Shown here: one piece after another, positions 60,483 through 64,000 of the stretch
Layout: every line of letters starts with the position of its first letter
How positions within the stretch are numbered: position 1 is the first letter of the stretch
From: Thalia democratica
Taxonomy: Eukaryota
NCBI GenBank assembly: GCA_965202585.1
Contig: OZ241827.1
Span: 85,126,001-85,190,000, forward strand
Reading direction: 5' to 3'
Length of the DNA: 64,000 bases
The notes under the pieces: model-generated
What the model was told of the DNA's origin: nothing
Seen by the model: only the letters and a program-made list of their open reading frames with translations
The model's database searches: none
Made by a program: the position numbers and the translations under genes

Positions 60483-63057
60483 CTTTTGTTTTTGTTTTTA
60501 TGCTAAAAAAACATACGATATTAATTTATCATATAAGTCAACTTTATCTAGTTTTAGCTTGAAATTAAAAGTTTGTTATTTTTTAGAAGTTTCATTTGTA
60601 TTTTTTATACTGTATTTATCATAACTAAAATATGTATATTTTAATTTAGACTATTATATTATAACAAAAGAGTAAATTTATTTTAAATCAGTTAAATCTT
60701 AATAAAAAAAAATATACTTGTACTGATGAGCTAATTTAGTAAGATTATTAAATAAATAAAAAATATACAAGTTTTTTTTTTCGCTTTTGCTGCAGTTGAT
60801 AAGCTTAATTGTTTATCTAACAAGTATAACCATTACTTTTGTTTATTTTTATATAATTTTTTAGTCGACTTAACCTTATAAAACAAAATTGATCTACTTA
60901 AACCTTTTCTTAAATGTTATAGTCTTTTTATCTGTTCTAAATTCAAATGTTATTTTATTTAAGTAGAGCTAATTAAGCTGTAACTAATTTGGTAACCACA
61001 TTTAATAATTTTTTTTATTAGATTTAATCTTCAACGTAATCTTGATAGTTCTAGTAATTATATACTTTTATAAAAAGAGCTTTAGTTTTATTGTATTAAA
61101 AAAAGAGTTGTTCATTTTCTAAAAGAATAAGTTTTAACTAATACCTTTACTTAAACTAAAACTATACGAGTTTTTATTTTACGTTTGAGTTTTAAAATCT
61201 TACTAAATAACTATCTAACTTACTAAATAACTAAATAACTTACTAAGTAAAATATTAATGATTGGTGTGTAAAGTCATATTTCTTTAAACTGTAGTTTTA
61301 ATTTTAAAAACTATATATAATTTAAGCTTACTGGTTACAAAGTTAGTAAAAAAAATTAATATTTAGCTCAAAAATTTATCTATAAACTTGTTTTATTTTT
61401 ATAAAGACTTATTACTTAAACTAAATTCAAATACAATTCTGCATTAATAAAAATTTTGCAAAACTTTTGTTTCGATTACCTATCGTTGTTGGGTATGTAA
61501 CAGTTGGGTATGTGATTCGATGATCGAGAGGTCTTTTTGCGTATTTTGGTCCTTGAAACAAAAAAATTTGAGAATTTTTTTGTTTTTCTTCAAAAAACCA
61601 CTTTTGCTATCAGACTTAATGTTATATGTAATTTAATTTTTCTAACTTTAAACAAGAAAATATATTTACATGATAGAAATTTAATTTTGTTTCGAACATT
61701 TAAATCAGTCTTTTACTATGTGCTTAAAAGTGCTTCTTCTTTTTTATAAAGTATTGGATTTAAAGTTAATGATAAAATCACTGAAAGGTAATCTATAATT
61801 TTGTAATAAGGTATGTTAGTAACTTTAAGCCAAAGGTCAGCAACTTCTTAGTAACAATCCGAAGTTGCAAAAAAAAAGTTTTTGGTCGGTTTTTTCAAGT
61901 TAGTTTTTCCAGTAAACTTGAGAAAAAGTGCGACAGATTAGTTAAAAAAAAACACTCCTATAAGTAAAAAGAAAAATGTTTTAAAAACTACATTGTACAT
62001 AAATTACTAACAACTAAATTTTGAGTCTGCCGCAAACCTCAATTCGCTAGTCCCTTGCTTAAGATAATTATTTGTAAACAAAGAGTTTGACATAGAGCTT
62101 ATTTTTTGTGTCGATAACAACCCTTTTTAAATATTATATAAGAAGTTCTTTTGTAGTTTGCTATTAATATAAAGACTAGTTACAAGAATTTTACTGACGT
62201 TACTTTAGAAATTTGGTTAGAAAGATATTTTTTTTCTCACCTAAGTTGACATACATTGTTTTTTAATTTTTAAGAATTTCATCATTTGTTAAATATGAAT
62301 TTTATAAACTACTTTATTTTTCTTCATAGTAAAATATTTATTCACTCTGTTTAATCTTATTTAATCTAAATTTAGGTTTTATTAGTGGTTGAATTAGAAA
62401 AAATCCTTTTAGTACCGTGCTAAATAACAGTTTTTAGTAGACTTTAACTACTAAACAAAAACTATTTTTTGACTTTATCATTTTTATTAGTCGATTGCTT
62501 TTTTATCTCATTACTTTATGTATTGGTATGTTAAAATGAATAAGTATAAGCTTTAATGACACTAAATTGTCTTATTAATATTAAAAGTTAATAAATAGTT
62601 TATTTTAAAGTATCATTTTAAATTATTTTAAATGTAAAATGATAGTTATCAAGCTAGTTGTTTTTACTTAGACCGTTTATTAACTGAAATCACAAAAAAA
62701 CTTTCAGTTAATTTTAATTAATAGTAAGTTATTTTATTTACTTGGAGTTTTAGACACGACATTTATAAAGTAAATGTTTGAAAACTATGAACTTAACAAA
62801 ATAAATAAACAAGCTAGTTCTTGTAATTAAAGCTGTTAAGAATCTTTGAACAAAACAGTTCTAAGATTTTTTAACAATTTTTTGCAACGAATGTGAAGTT
62901 TAATTTATATCTGACATAAAAATAAAATTTATTTACTTAAAAACTTCTAATTTGTTCTACAGCAATAAACGTAAGGTTTTTTCGTACAGAAGTTTCTTGG
63001 ATCAATACTTTTAAGTGCTTTTGGTCACCTCTTAAACAATATTATGTTATGTATGTA

Positions 63058-63871
63058 CAGTAACCTCTCGCTTATTTACGCACATTGTGTCCACAGAAAA
63101 ATTGCGTAAAGATACGAGAGGTACCAAATATACTTACTATAATGGCTTTTTTTGATATTGCTGCTAGTTAAAAGCAGACTTTCTCACTTTCTAAAATCTT
63201 GTTTAATTTATTTATAAATATGAAAACAAAAGATAAAACTATACGTATACTTAAAAACATGGTTTTAAATTTATTTAAAATAATAATACTTTTAGAAACA
63301 TTTTACTTATTTTAATAATAAGTAGATTTTATCTTTATTTATATGTAATTTATTTGATACTTTACATTTATATTCTATCCTACATAGCAAATTCAATTTA
63401 TAATTAAGCATTTCTGTTAAGTGTAAGCTCTATATTTATAAAGTATCACTGCTACTTTTGCTAGTAAGTTTCATTTGATTTCTTTTTAAGATGTTTGTTC
63501 ATATATAGGGCAAGAGTGCTGTATTATTTTTTTGTGTTTTAAACTTTCATTATTTCATTATACTTTCATTATTTAACACAGTCATGTTTCTTTCAGAATT
63601 TTAATTTATCCTCTTATTTGTGACAAAATTTATGATATACTGAGGTACAACTAAATGTTTATCAATTAGTCAAGTAACATAAGTTTACAAATTCTAAAAA
63701 TATAGTGAAGTGAGTTAGTATTTAAAAACATATTTTACATTAAAAATATAAAAAAACTAGTTTGTGCAATATTTTTTTTTTTTTTTTTTGATTTTTTTTT
63801 CGAATTCTAAAATGCGTAACTAAACGAGAGTGCGTAACGTCACGAGTGCGTAAAGATGCGAGAGGTTACTG
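63058..63871. mobile_element. Tc1/mariner-pogo-type MITE, 814 bp
   Basis: TIR CAGTAACCTCTCGCnnnTTTACGCAC at both ends (first 14 bp perfect), TA dinucleotide on both flanks, no ORF. Confidence 0.85.
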
Positions 63872-64000
63872 TACTTTATATTTTATCTTTAACTCTTTAT
63901 TTTTACATGATAAGTTTAACTGCTCTAATGTTGTTTTTTACGCTAAACAGTTCGGAAATAGCATCTTAAAAAGTAACACTATATAATAAGGTTTAGCTAG

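Noticed and set aside
54527-61749. Short ORFs at 54527, 54824, 56391 and 61537
   Set aside because: Low-complexity AT-rich translations, some overlapping repeat fragments, with no supporting splice or domain evidence.

Overview
AT-rich metazoan genomic DNA with GC-richer exons; no prokaryotic features, rRNA, tRNA or CRISPR were seen. A 200-N scaffold gap lies at 39143-39342. Left of the gap are a 3-exon secreted C-type lectin (minus strand), a complete 13-exon L-type amino acid transporter light chain (SLC7 LAT family, 489 aa, plus strand) and an intronless RING-H2 ORF (minus strand). Right of the gap are two convergent, intronless, highly divergent calpain-like genes (CysPc plus CBSW). One keeps the catalytic Cys; the other has Cys replaced by Ser. 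Between them lie an unidentified decayed ORF and a frameshifted KDM2-like JmjC pseudogene. A 3-kb non-autonomous hAT element with an 8-bp TSD is inserted into the last coding stretch of that pseudogene, and the interrupted stretch weakly resembles a chromo-shadow domain. Several hAT and Tc1/mariner-type MITEs are present. The main oddities are out-of-frame copies of exon-intron junctions beside many transporter exons, and an atypical splice signature (GTT donors, A-rich acceptors). All calls were read by eye; no database search or alignment program was run.
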